Positions 22,001-36,300 of a stretch of DNA of 60,000 nucleotides are shown one piece after another. The stretch covers positions 7,690,001 to 7,750,000 of the forward strand of contig CM052818.1 in assembly GCA_028534125.1 (NCBI GenBank), read 5' to 3'. The translations under genes were made by a program, and so were the position numbers. The notes beneath the pieces were generated by a model that had not been told where the DNA came from, made no database searches, and worked only from the letters and a program-made list of their open reading frames with translations. Positions within the stretch are counted from its first letter, which is position 1, and every line of letters starts with the position of its first letter. The DNA comes from Lama glama. Its lineage: Eukaryota.

Positions 22001-25000
22001 TTTTCTTTTGGCAGTATTTTTACCTATAAAGGTTTTCCTTGAGTAAGAATAAGTTCATAAATCTTGTGAAAAGGATGGATTTATGGACACAGGCTCATGC
22101 CCAGACTGCTTTTTTGCATTCCAGGTATATCCCCTGGTAGAATGACACCTTAAAAGAGAAAACAACAAAAGCCAATAAAAATCTCATCAATCTATATAGA
22201 TACCTTTAGGAATACTTTAAAAATTGTTCCCTTTTATAGAATTTTAATAGGAAATGAATTATGAAAATCTTGAAAAGAACAGATCAGTGGAATATTGATG
22301 AATTACATAAATCTTTGAGATTCAAATGAAAGAATGTTCTCATACTAAATGTTTCAAGTGACTAAAGTAATAGAATTTTTTTGTAAGTTGCAGAATCAGC
22401 TTTGTTACATTTAGATTCTGTCTCCTCATTCTGCTGTGTTCTTAGAAATGGAATGGAAGACAGGATTCCAAGAGAGCACTTTCAAACTCCCTGTATGATT
22501 GACAACAGCTGTTTTATTTTGCTAGCTTTAAAGAGGGGATGCTACAACAAGGATTAGAGAAATTTATATCTTACTGTAGTGCTGCTACCCAAAGTGCTGG
22601 TCTTTGATGAGATAATGAGTTTGCTCTAGAGTGTAAATCATGGCACTGCTTTCCTTCAGTAAGAAAATCTTTCTATGAAAAGGCAATACGATGAACTTAG
22701 TGATAGTGATGTAGTTGCTTTACTTTCCAGCAAAGTTCCTCATTTTATCACAGATGTATTAAACTGTTCACACACTGGCAGCAGCATATAAACTGCATTC
22801 TGAGTAGGGCTGTCCTAAAGGGGTTACCCATTCTCTATTTTCTGAAAATTGAGTTCACTTCAGCTTGTAATGTACCCAGGTACCTTCGTCCTCATGTTGC
22901 TTTTTAGGTAAATTAATGAACAGCCTTTGAAAATAAAAAGAACAACAAAAGTGTATAAATGCAAGAGATTTAAACTATAGAAGAATATCTTGTTTCTAAC
23001 CAGTTATGTATTATAATAGATTACTGAAGGAACCTTATTGAAGATACGCATGATCCTGCATCGTTTTAAGAAACAGGCTTGGTGATCAAATAATCTTCTA
23101 ATCTTATGAGTCCTAAATGTTGAAAGTCCATTAAACCTTTAATACTGCAAATTCTCCTGAGATGTTCAGAGATAATGCTTAAAATTTGAGCTATAGTTTG
23201 AAGAATCTAAAAGTACAAGTGTGGGAGAGAAATGGAAAGATAATGTAGCCAAAAAAGGCACATGCAGTTAGGAAGGAAGAAAAGGCATGTCAAGTTTTAG
23301 AAGTCTATATTTGAAATTAGAAAGCATTTTTAGTATATGTTGCTCTAGGAATTAATTTTGGTAGTGTTACAAATAAAATATATGTGAACTAATTGTTTCA
23401 GGCATTTGTCAACTTTTTAAGGAGAAAACACACTGGAAATAAACTGAGTTTTACAAATTGATAAATGTAAAATTAGCAGCCTTAAAAAAAAGATAAAAAT
23501 AAACTCTAATACTTTCTATAATTTGTGGCTGGATCACCAGTCTGTCTTTCATTAATTCTTTTGTATTTTGAAACAGCATGGTGCAGTAGAAAGAATTTCA
23601 GTTTTTGAGTTAGATGGACCTGGGTTCAAATTTTAGTTTTGCCGCTTACTAACCATATGACTTTATTCGAGTTATTTAATGTTTCTGAGCCTCTGTTACC
23701 TCATCTGTAAAATGAAAATAATAATAATTCCTATATCCTAAGATTGTTAAAATTAGAAAATTATATATATATAATTTATATTATATATATATATATATAT
23801 ATATAAAATACCAGTGCCTGGTACACAGAAAGAGGAAGTCAATAAATGGTAACTATAATTATCTTTTAGTCAGATAAGTGATACGTGAAGGTGGTGATGG
23901 CAATGAAGTATAGGGGTTGAAATGATCATTCTCTCTCAGATCTTGGAAGTTCTAAAACTAGATTGTAATCTCAGATGACTGTGGGTTAGTCTTACTTTCT
24001 ACAATATAGTTGGTGTTTGGAGGGCAGTAATGGCAGAAGCAGAGGAAGAAGGTAAATCACCTTCTGTGCTTTTGTCTTACATTTATTAATCTTTGGATTC
24101 TACCTTTCATCTTCCCATTTTGTATGTGCATCACATAATCAGTTTACACAATGGGATTTAAAATACATGTCAAAATACTGTATCATTTCAGAAAGTATTT
24201 GGATAGTTAAGGTATACTTATAATACTTCATTAAATTTTTTTCCTTCCCTCTTAAGCTGAGCCATTATCTGGATATTGTGGAAGTCAACATTGCTCACCA
24301 GATCTCTCTACGTTCAGAAGCATTTTTTCATGCAATGACCTCTCAACATGAATTGCAGGACTACCTCAAGAAAACTTCCCAGGCTGTAAAAATGCTTCGC
24401 GATAAAATTGCACAAATTGATAAAGTAATGTGTGAAGGATCACTACACGTTTTAAGACTGGCACTTACCAGAAATAATTGTGTTAAAGTATATAATAAAC
24501 TGAAATTAATGGCCACTGTACACCAGACTCAGCCTACAGTCCAGGTGTTGTTATCCACTTCTGAATTTGTTGGAGCATTGGACTTAATAGCAACAACGCA
24601 AGAGGTTCTGCAGCAGGAACTTCAGGGCATTCACAGCTTCCGGTATGTCCATAAGTAAGCCATTAAAAATAAGGTTAGAACTTTTTAAAGGATAAATTTT
24701 AGGGTGTAATGTTAGCTGAAGAAATATGAATGTATTTAGAGTTACATGGTTACTTTTTCTTCCAGACTGATCAGTTTAACAATACTATCATTCTGATATT
24801 TTACTGTTACTAAAACAAAAACTGTAAGGACCAATATTTACAGAGACATTTGGATGCAGAAGCAAAAAAATTTTTCTGGGAGATGAAATCAGTGAAAGAC
24901 AGTCACAACTTTGACAATGATAACGTTTTGAAAATGTTTGAAATAGTTTTATGTCAACATGGTAGATTGGGATGGAGAAAGGAATAACAGTATATCTAAA

Positions 25001-28000
25001 ATTAAGTTCACTTTAAAAGCCCTTGAATAGCCTTTAAATTAAATAATTATTAAAATTCATTTCTGATTTGCAGCCTTTTATCACATTGCAAAAAATTCCA
25101 CTTGGGGATGTAAAAGATCCGATTTCTTCTACGTTTTCATTTTGAAAATACCATTAGGATTAGGGTTTTAGTTATTTTATGGGAAATCATGTCAAATGTT
25201 TAATTAACAGATTAGACCAATTGCAGTACATCAAAATTTCATTCAGTTAAGCAGACTTGCAGTGTCCTTGTGGAAGTTCCTATCTGCAGGGAAACCCAGT
25301 CAAACCTTACACTACTGAGTGACTACAAATAAGTTTTATGGAAGGTAACTTAATAGTTACTTAATATATTCTGGAAAGATTATCTTCAATATAAGTTTAT
25401 TTTAATTGAATGATAAATTCTTATTGACTAAGGGTATGTAATTGGAATATTTATTCAGAAAGCATTTTTTAAAGTTGGCCCAAATTTAATTATGCAAATG
25501 AATGATTGATTCATTTGTTCAAGAAATGGTTATTGATCACCTGTTACATGAGACACCAGGCAGAATACTGGGAATATAGCCATAAACAAAGCAGAGATGC
25601 TTTCTGCTCTGACTGTTCCTACAATTGATTTGGCAAGAGGGAGACAGGTTCCTGGGTAGCTGTGATACAGTGCAGTGCAGTGCAGTATGATGATGAATGT
25701 ATAGAGTGCTGTGGGGCCTAACTTTAGGGGAGGAACCTAATCCAGACTTGGATGTTTACAGAAAAAGTTTGAATCACAGATCTTTTTGAGAATCTTTTAA
25801 AAGCTATGGTTGGACCTTCTTCCCATAAAAATATACGTGTATATAAAATTCTGTGAACAATTTTGGGTAGTTCGTAGTCCTTTGAAGCCTACTTTGGATT
25901 TCCCAAGGTGAAACCCAGGGTGACTAAATGACATTGAGTTTCCCTTTTACCTCTGAAATTTTAAATATTTCTCTTTTTTGAATGTGTGTATGGAATATAT
26001 TTTTTAAATAAGTAATAATTTTGTCATTTTCGCAGAATGGCCTTCTGTGATGACAGAAGCTGTGTTTTTCCCTTGTCACTACTATATAATGGGAATGTTG
26101 AAATATTGGGAGCTGATTCTACGCAGCAAAGTACTTGATCCTCTAAATAGAGAAACACAAACAGATGAAATGCTTGTCTGCTTAACACAAATTCTAAAAC
26201 TGTTTAAACATTTACCTCAGAGGTCATGCAGCTTATTTGATTTCATTTTCCTGATTCATAAGTTTATACTGAATAATATTGATGAAAAGAATAGTTTTCC
26301 AAAGCTATGTGGAAAATACTTAAGAATAGGGTTGAATATTTATTCTCAGTAGATTGTGATTTATTGGGAGATAGAATGAAAATTTTATAATCTTATGATT
26401 ATCTTGAGCTCAAGGAAAAGTTTACCTCTCTTTTCAGTTTTACTTTTTTTTGTGTGCCTTAACTCAAAGGACAAAATATTCCTTAAAAAAAGCATATATG
26501 GTTTTTAAAAAGACTTTTCAAACATTTGGATTGTCTACAGTTTGCTCAAATGTATTCTTACTGTAATTTTAGAACCTGTACATTTGTAAAGAGTGTTTCT
26601 TATTCATATGAAATATGAATATATTTGAATCTTGATATCTTGCAGTTTTAATATAGAAAGGATTGTTACCTTGAAATTCACAGATGTAGTGTTATTTGCT
26701 CTTTCTTATTGTAAAGGTTTATGTAGAAACTCTTTAGTTTTCACCATTTTTTTTCCTACTAACTACCACCGTTACTCTACCACCACCCCCACTATAAAAG
26801 CTAAGAACATATTTTGAATACTTTAGTATTCTGTACCAGGTACTGTGCAAAGAATGTTGCATGTATTATTTGATCCCCCTACCCCCTCCAAAAATAAACC
26901 CTCTATGAGATAGATAATCTTATGCCCATTTTAATAGATAGATAGATGCCAACTGCATCCCCATGTTTAGCATGTTTTTCTTTTGCCTGTATTTTCTATA
27001 AACTAGGAGTTAGATTTAAAGGCTTGATCAGATTTAAGTTTTAATTTTTGGCAAATCACCTAATAAGTAGTGGTATATATTTCAGTCAAGAGACATGTAT
27101 TTGATTGTCTCTCTTTTTACATTAGCAGACATTTGATGATCATTGCCCAGATTTGTCATCTCATTGTTCCTTGTAAATCATGATGCTCTAATTCTATGCT
27201 TCCTTATTCTTTTATTAACTTGAATATTTCTATAAAGTGGTATTTCCCCTGTAATAATTATTTGGTAACTCTGAAGAACAATTTTTATAGGGATAGGCAG
27301 GATAAATTCTAGATTCTTTCCCTTTATTTAGCAGTTTTTGAAATACTGAATCGCAAATCTAGTATCTTCCAAATGTTTTATAAGCACACAGATTTATATA
27401 TATTTGAAGTATTAAGTTTTTGCCATTTTATTTTTATTGATGTTTATATTATCCTATGTTTTGTAGAAACCTCAAGTCCTTTTGATATAATTCTGTGAGT
27501 AGTCATTGATAGTTTTCTTACTTTGTGTTAGGACAGGATATTCATTTTATACATTTTCTGCCCCAGATTTGTAAACTGCTGTTTCTCGAAGGAGCCCTAG
27601 TTTCTTTTAGTAGGAAATGGTATTAGAAATTACAGTCTGGGTACCAGAGGTATTCCTTGCTACTGGATTGGTCATTATCTCTAGTCCTTTATAATGGTCA
27701 GAGTTAGAAAATGCTTTTCCCTTTTTAAAGAAAAAACATGAGTTTGTATTGGTAGTTCCAATTTAAATTCAGGACTATAGAGTTTTTACTTCTTCAGTTT
27801 ATTTTATATATATATGCATCTCCTTTCAAACAGACTGAAAACTGTGGTTCCTAATGACACCAACAAAATCACTCATTTGTTTTATCAGAACTAACAATAT
27901 TGTTACTACAAACACCTAGGATTTCTTTTCTTTTTCTTAAGGTATATCCCTTGTGGGATGAAAGAATAAATTACAATGTCTTAAAAGTCACTGGAAATAA

Positions 28001-30294
28001 TTCCTCTTTGTGGAATTAGATCTGCCACTAATTTGATACATAGTTAAATTCATTTGTTTCATTTGCTTTTGATTATTAAGGATTGAATTTTTTTTAAAGT
28101 AATGTTATTTTACAACTATGTTAAATAGTTACATGATTCTAAAGTCAAATATATGAAAACAAAAGATATTCAGAGAAATTTAACTCCTGTCTTAATTCCG
28201 ATCCTCTCTACCTACACCTATAAGTCACCATTTTAAAAAGTTTTATTTATATTTATTATTCATCTCTCTGTTATTCATTTTAAATAAGCATTAGCATACT
28301 GTATATACTTTTCTCCACCTTGCTGTTTTTATGTTACAGTATATCCTGTAGGTCACACTATAATATGCATTCTGAATTGGGGATATCACCCCAAAGGGGA
28401 AATAGTTGGGAAGGGTTGAAAAAAATCTTGAATTTTACAGTGGTTTGTGGCCCTCCAAAGAGCCATGGTACATAAATAGGTGTATAGTGTATCCGTGATA
28501 TTAAAACTTCATGGGAAGGTGATTAGGAACAAATATGTCTAAAAAGACTTTTAGGGGGGCAGTAATGAAAAACAGGTTGAGAAACTGCTCTGTAGCAGTC
28601 TTGGTATTCCTCAATTCTTTGAAAAGTGTATAGGGTCTATTATGATATATTTAACTGGCCTTCTATTGATCAGCATTGGGTTGTTTCCCATTTCTTTGCA
28701 GTTACCAACAGTGCTGCAATGAATGTACGTTATTTTGTATTTTTACCAGAGTATCTTTGAGACAGATTCTGACAAGTGAGATTCCTAGGTCAAATACTAA
28801 TTGCCTATGTCATTTTGCTAGACACTGCCAAATTCCCCTTAAGGCAGTGTTTTAGTTTGTAACAGTGGATATGTTCTGAATTAGTTTATTATGAGATGTT
28901 GATGCCATTTATGAGATCCTTATTATGTCTTCTAATTAGCTTTAAGAAATATAATTTTCATATTATAAAATGCAAATTTATATACTATTTCACTTATGAG
29001 ATTTTTTTCAAAATTATCGCTACACTACTTGCCATATGTTGTTTATAAAAGAACAATGGATCTGTCTAAAAAGTCACATGGTTTATATTACTTTTTTTTT
29101 AATGTACTATATTTAGTCTTAGTAAAGACAGTCGCTGACATTAAGGATTTGTTTTTCAAGTAAATGAAGTATGAATTTTTAAGTGTTTTTTGTTTAATTA
29201 TAAATGTTTTAAGTTTAGTAAAATATAAATATAAGTATTAAAATATAAATGTCTTTATGTTGCCCCCAAAGATAGAGCTTTAAAACTTTTTTTATACTGA
29301 GGTATAGATAAACGTATTTCCCATTGGTCTATTTCACTTAACTTTTGAGCCAACTAGATTACCCAGGTTTTTTCAACCCATTGGTTTTATGAAGCTATTA
29401 GATTGTGTGGCAAAAATCCCTTTGTATATGAAGGTATTCATCCATAGTGCCCATCAGAGCAAGGACTATCTATGTGTGGCCATTCTTGTCATTTGGACAG
29501 TAGATGCTTTTTCTAGGGAAAAGGTTCCAAATCCCTTTAGTAGTAATACTTGCCTTTGCCATCCCCACAACTCTTCCCAAATTAGAGTCCTTCTCACTTT
29601 AACTTCTAAGACCTGCAAATATTAAAGAGGTAGATTAAAAAGGAACATTATATTTTATGAGAAAAAAGTTTCCATGGATAGATTGTAGCTCAGTATTTTT
29701 ATATTTTTGGTCTTGTGTTCTAATGGCTTTCAGTTTAATGACCTGAGGGCTATTGCACACTAACTCAAACTCATGACGGAGATTCAATTGATTCATCAGT
29801 CTCTTCCAGTAGTCCTTCAGATGGTTTTATGTACCCAGAACAGATACAAATAGTAAGTGTTTATATTTATGAATAAATGAATGGCTAGGGAGCTACTGGC
29901 ATTTATATTAAGAAAATGGTTAATGAGGAAAGAACTTACAGTATCTGAATATTTTTTTCTGTGAAAAGCAGACTGAAAAACAGTCATGAAATTTCTAGAA
30001 CCAGATTTTCTACAGCACATTTAACTGTTTATTTTATACATAGTGTGTATCTGTTAATCCTATTCTCCTCATTTATTCCCCTCCTCTTTCCCCTTTAGTA
30101 ACCATAGGTTTGTTTTCCATGTCTATGAGTCTGTTTCTGTTTTGTAAATGAGTCCATTTGTATTCTTTTTCAGACTCCACATACAATTGATATATAATGT
30201 TTGTCTTTCTCTGACTTCACTTAGAATGATAATCTATAAATCCATTCATGTTACTGCACATTTCACTCTTTTTATGGCTGAGTAATATTCCGTC

Positions 30295-30343
<49 letters not shown>

Positions 30344-33300
30344 CACATCTTCTTTATCCATTCATCTGTTGATGAACATTTAGGCTGCTTTCATGTCTTA
30401 GCTGTTATAATAGTGCTGCTGTGAACATTGGGGTGCATGTATATTTTCAAATAAGAGTTTTTGTTTTTTCCAGATACATGCTCAGGAGTGGGATTGCTAG
30501 GTCATATGGTAATTCTATTTTTAGTTTTTTAAGGGACTTCCATACTGTTTTTCATAGTGTCTGCACCAATTTACATTCCCACCAGTAGTGCAGGAGGGTT
30601 CCCTTTTCTCTACCCCCTATCCAGCATTTATTATTTGTAGACTATTTGATGATAGCCATTCTGACCAGTGTGAGGTGATACCTCATTATAGTTTTGATTT
30701 GCATTTCTCTAATATAAATTTGGGTTTTTAATAAATATGGGTAATATTTTTCTCTTTCTTTGTAGGCATTTGGGATCACAGCTTTGTGAGTTAGAAAAAT
30801 TGATAGATAAAATGATGATTGCAGAGTTTTCTACTTATTCTCACAGTGACTTAAATAGACCATTGGAAGATGACTGTCAAATTTTAGAAGAGGTATGTCT
30901 TTTGAACTATGGGATGAAATTGATGTCATTGCTTAATGTTAATTCCTTATAGTCTTAGTTTAGAACACATCCTTCTCAGGTTAGAGTGAGCAAAATTATC
31001 TTCAGTTTCAAGCTCTGTGAGACCTATGAAATCCTTCACAAAATATGTGACTTTAGGAAGCACCATAGTTGTTCATTATCCTGTGAAATTATAGAACCAA
31101 TAATTTTATAGCTTAATTAGAAATTGGAGTTGAAGGTCTTTATATAGCTAACAAACTGAGTTCAGAATAAAGATATAGGATGAATTAATGTCTGTCCATG
31201 TATATGCATGTACTGGGGTGTGTCTTTTATAGAAAGTGATCATTATTATATGGTAACTTATCTGTCATTTGCATTCACTGTGCACCTATTATGAACATGT
31301 TTTATGTATAGGCATATACAAATACATCATACTTGGTAACTTATCTGTTAACTTCTCAAGGCTGGTTACTCCCAATAACTAGTAAAGAATCCAAAAAGCC
31401 CTGATAGCAGCTTAAATAGTTAAGGAGATTTTTATAAATGTTAGCAGTTAATTCTGCACAGTCTAGGTAATCATTCCAGTCCTTTAGACCCGTAGATAAA
31501 AAAAGCACAGGAATCATGGAGTGTTTATTGGTCATCAGGGTTTGAGAGGGTTTGAGTTTAGAATACTGACTTCAAAAATCTGATGACAAAATTGCTGTAG
31601 AAAGGGATTTTTTCAGCTTCTAGAAAATACTATATGCAAGATAGAGATCTGAGGATCAATAAATCAATAAAATCCTTGGTGTTGATGTTTTTCTACCTCT
31701 AAGTGGTTTTATTTTATATTAATATGTGACATTATATACACTTCTCTTATTTTAATAGGAAAGACTAGTGTCACTTGTATTTGGACTTTTAAAACAAAGA
31801 AAACTTAATTTTTTAGAAATATACAGTAAAGAAATGATTATTACAGCAAAGAACATCATTAAACAGGTAATTATACGTTGTTTATTTGATACATTTTAGT
31901 CTGGAATCTTTTGTGAAATTTATTTTTATATGATCCTAGTAATAATATATACAGTATAATAGTAATATTTTCTCATTTGTTTAAAAATTTTAAATATAGA
32001 AAGAAGAAAGACAAATATAGCCCTACCAGTCAAAAGATTATCACTTTAAGAATATTTGAGTCTTAGTTGTTACTGGTGTTTTTCATTGATGCTATCATAC
32101 TGTATATATAATTTTGAATTGTACATATATTTCAGTTTGAATCATAAAGTAAGCATTTTCTCATAAAGCCTTCAGCAACATCATTTTTGATGGTTGTATA
32201 AAATTCCATCAACATTATGGTAGTTATACCTGTTTAACCTTTCTTCTATGTTGAATGTGTACCTTTTTCAAACACTGACTAAACCATTGTATTTTAAAAT
32301 TGTTACAACCACTTAAAAATTGTTGGTAACTAACACTAAATATACACATATATTATGTCTCAGCAATTCTACTTCTAGGTAATTTACCCATCAGACATGC
32401 ATACATAAACTACCAAAGACAGCACAATAATTTCATGACAGTACTATTTATAGTAAAAAAAAAAAAAAACAAAAAACTGGAAAAACCCAAATTCTATCAG
32501 TAGAAAAGATAAGTAGAATTATAACATAAGTATACAATTGAAAACTATACAGCAATGAGAATAAATAAATTACATGGAACAACATGAATGTTCACATACA
32601 TAATGTGAAATCGAAGAAACCAGGCACAACGGAATACTCACTGTATGATTCCACTTACCTAGCATTCAATTAGAAACAAAATTAATCTATGGTATTAGAA
32701 ATCAGGATAGCAATGTCTTTTGGGAGGAAGTAGTGACTAGGAGGGGAGCAGGAGAGGGACTTACTGGCAATGTTCAGTTTCATAATCTGAATTCTAGTTA
32801 CATAGGTAAACTCCATTTGTAAAAAAAAAAAAATTGAGTTATTTTTATAAACATAATTTGTACAGTTTTCTGTATGTTATACTTTTAAACAGTTTTTAAA
32901 TACTGCTGTGTTTTAATTCCCGGACTTTTCCTGAAGTCTGAGCTTTGTTTTTTCAACTTTAAACTGTTATATGAATTTTTTTGGAATTTTATTGTGGAGT
33001 TTTATTGTTCCTAAGTATTACAGTTCTTTGGGAGTTTTGTGTATGTTTATGATTTTGAACAGTTTTACATAGTAGGGGATTTTAGTTAATACAGTTCAAA
33101 CATACTCTGGAATAATTGTTTAATAGAGTAAGGGTAATGCTGCAGTTTTTTAAATACCTTGAGATGTAAGAGACACAAGAGAAGTTTGGTAAAATGATTA
33201 TCATAGTCATTGAGGCCCTCATTAATATACAAATGAACATTGTAGTACTTAGAATCCTAAAGACATTAATCAGATTTTTTTTTTCCCTCAAATTTTGCAG

Positions 33301-36300
33301 TGTGTGATAAATAAAGTTTCACAAATAGAAGAAATAGACACAGAGGCTGTTGTAAAGTAAGTATAAATATTAAGTTGGGGTTATCAGAGAAAAGATGACA
33401 CAGAGTAATCTAAGGAGGATTTAGTTAAGGAATGGTTTCCTATGGTATGGGCAGAGTGTAGCAAAATCACAGGTGATAGTGCAGGAACTTTTAGGGACAA
33501 GGAAAGAAAGCAGGAAATAGAATTCAGAAGGAGAAAAAGACATAGTAGTTGAAAAAAAAAAAAGTCTTGTAGTAGTTGAAGTGAACTTCAGTGGAACCGG
33601 GCAGTCGTTCCTAAGTAACCCCCTCAGGGAGGGGGATGAAACTATTAGCAGCTTTCCTCCTTTTAATCTTTGCAGCCTCCTCATTGGCCAAACCAAGCAG
33701 CTCATCCTCCCAGGGCAGAGAGAAGGTGGAGAGGATATAGTGCAGACACTGAGGCTGGAAATTGAAGAGAAATACCAGTGTTAAATTTAAATTATTTAGC
33801 TATATAATTAAAACCCAGTTTCTAGTTGGCTTTGAGAAGTTTGGGTACATGATTTTGAATTGCCCATGTATGTAATATTTTGTTTTCACCCTTCTTTTGA
33901 AAAGAACAGTGATAAATACTTAATGACTGTGAATTACTCATTCATATAGATATCTAAACTTTATTAACTGACCTAAGAAATAGCAATATGGACAACTGTG
34001 AAACTTCTCTGGGCCAGACTCACAAAATGAGGATTGTGGAGTTGTAGTTTCCACACTTTCACCTAGTGAAAACTCAAGTTTCAGAATTAGCTGAAGCAAT
34101 CCTAATAATGCAGAGATCACTAGTAGATGGAAAAAATAAGTTTGGGGGACTTTACTAAAAGCCCTCTGAACAGGAAGAGTCAGTTATTTAAAAATTTTCT
34201 TCCCTAGGGAATTTTCTCAAATAGGGAACATCCTGTGTCCCTAGTATGTAGGAGTATCTTTTGAGAATAAAATCCTAGCTCTAGCAACATTAATTAAAAA
34301 TTTAGAGTAAGAAGTCTGTAATACTATAAAATATCTTTATGGAATTCCATTCTACATTAATTTTTATCTTAAAATTGTTGATTAATATTAGCTATAAAAA
34401 TATTGGCTATTCTCTTCTGCGTTGTACAAATATACTATTTAGTATGTATATAATATATACTAGATATATATTATTTTAATACAATGTTGGCTAATACACA
34501 GCACTTTTTTATGCACTGTGCATTGTCCTGAGTACTTCTTACTACTCGGTTAATATTCACAGCAACCATGAAAGGTAGGTTTTTTATCACTTTTCCCATT
34601 TAAGATGAGAAAATTAGAACATGGAGGGGTTAAATCACTTGCCCACAGTCATACAACTAGTAAGTCTCAGGGCTGGAACTTGAACCAAGGCAGTGTGGCT
34701 CAAGAACCCATGCTCTTAGCCACTCTGCTATATTATCCTTCATATACAGAAAAATGCTTTTTAGTTTGTAGTTAGAAAAGTAGGTTATTAAATTTATTAA
34801 GGGAGATGTTATATTTTTATTTTTATTCCAGAATATATCTTCTCCACTTTTAACCAAAATTTGTTTATTTCTCTGTGGTTTTTCATCTAACATTCATGAA
34901 GCATGTTCACATGGACTTATTTACTGTGTGATAAGAGTCATAAGTCAGTATACTTGACTAGTCTTAGAGATGTTTAAACAAGGAGAAGTTGTTTGGTAAT
35001 TGACCTCTTCATCTTAATTTTACAGTTTTACTTAGGTATTTAGATTAAATTGCGTTTTATTCTTTTGTTACTAGACAGTATTTAGTATAGTTTCCTCTAG
35101 TTTGTAGATATCATCATATTGGCCCAAAGACAATCATCATTTTTGTTTGAATTATTTTCTAGGCTTGCAGATCAGATGAGAATGTTGAATTTTCCTCAGT
35201 GGTTTGATCTGCTAAAGGAAATTTTCTCTAAGTTTACAGTTTTCCTACAGAGAATTAAGGTAAGCTTATGTGATTATCAGTTAGTCCGGAGTATCCCTAA
35301 AATTAAGTCAGCTTTCTGGATATGTAATAAACACACAGGATTAACTGACTATAAAGTAGAATTTCTTTGTTTTTGTAATTTTTCTAAAGGAGCTTGGTTT
35401 TAAATAAGACTTGGAGTGCTTCAGAGTATTTTGGTGCCTTTTTATAATTGTAGATGATTTAAAAAAATATATAATACTTATTTTGCTTTAAGTATTGTAC
35501 AATAGTATTTCCTCTTGTGCTTTTGTGATGCTTGAATGTCTCTAGATTATTTAGAGGTACAATATTGTGAAGCACTAAAAAATCTGTCCCTAACCACTTA
35601 ATTTTTCTAGAAACTTAACATTGATATAATGGTGTTTTTAGCATATAGTTCACGTTTAAATTACTCTAGTAATGTTCTTTATTGCAAGTTTTTATTTCAT
35701 TTTTCAATTTGGGATCCAATCAAGTATCATGCATTATGTTTAATTCTTTTACCTCCTTGGTCAAACCACTTAATTTTAAGTCAGTCATTGTAGGGAAAAG
35801 AACACATGACACATACCATTTTTCAGAAGAAAGATGTCACAGACTCTAATTCGTGTTGGTTGGGATTACCAGCATGTCATAACTGTGTTTTAATAAGATA
35901 GTCATTAGGAATTACTGAGTGTAACAGGCTGTTTGTGAAATTTGATATTCTTTGAAATACCAGTATTATGCTGTATGTTATAGTTAAGATCCCCGGCATC
36001 TTGAGTATCTTGTTAAAAATGGTCTGGAGGACTTTGGTACTTATCTATGATGTGACTTCCTTACTGACATTGGGGTGATGCTCTAAATCATATATATAAG
36101 CTTTTCAGTCAGAGTGGGAAAAGTTTTATGAAAGATGATCCACTGTACTTAATTTAGACTGCTACCAAAATGTTGATCTTATCAGTTGATAGTGTTGGGT
36201 AGCAAACCTGTGTCTGTGAATTGCTTAATAACTAGCATATTTTCACTTTTTTAAAATATTCCCACCATCACCTTATCACACACACATTTTTATTATTGCA

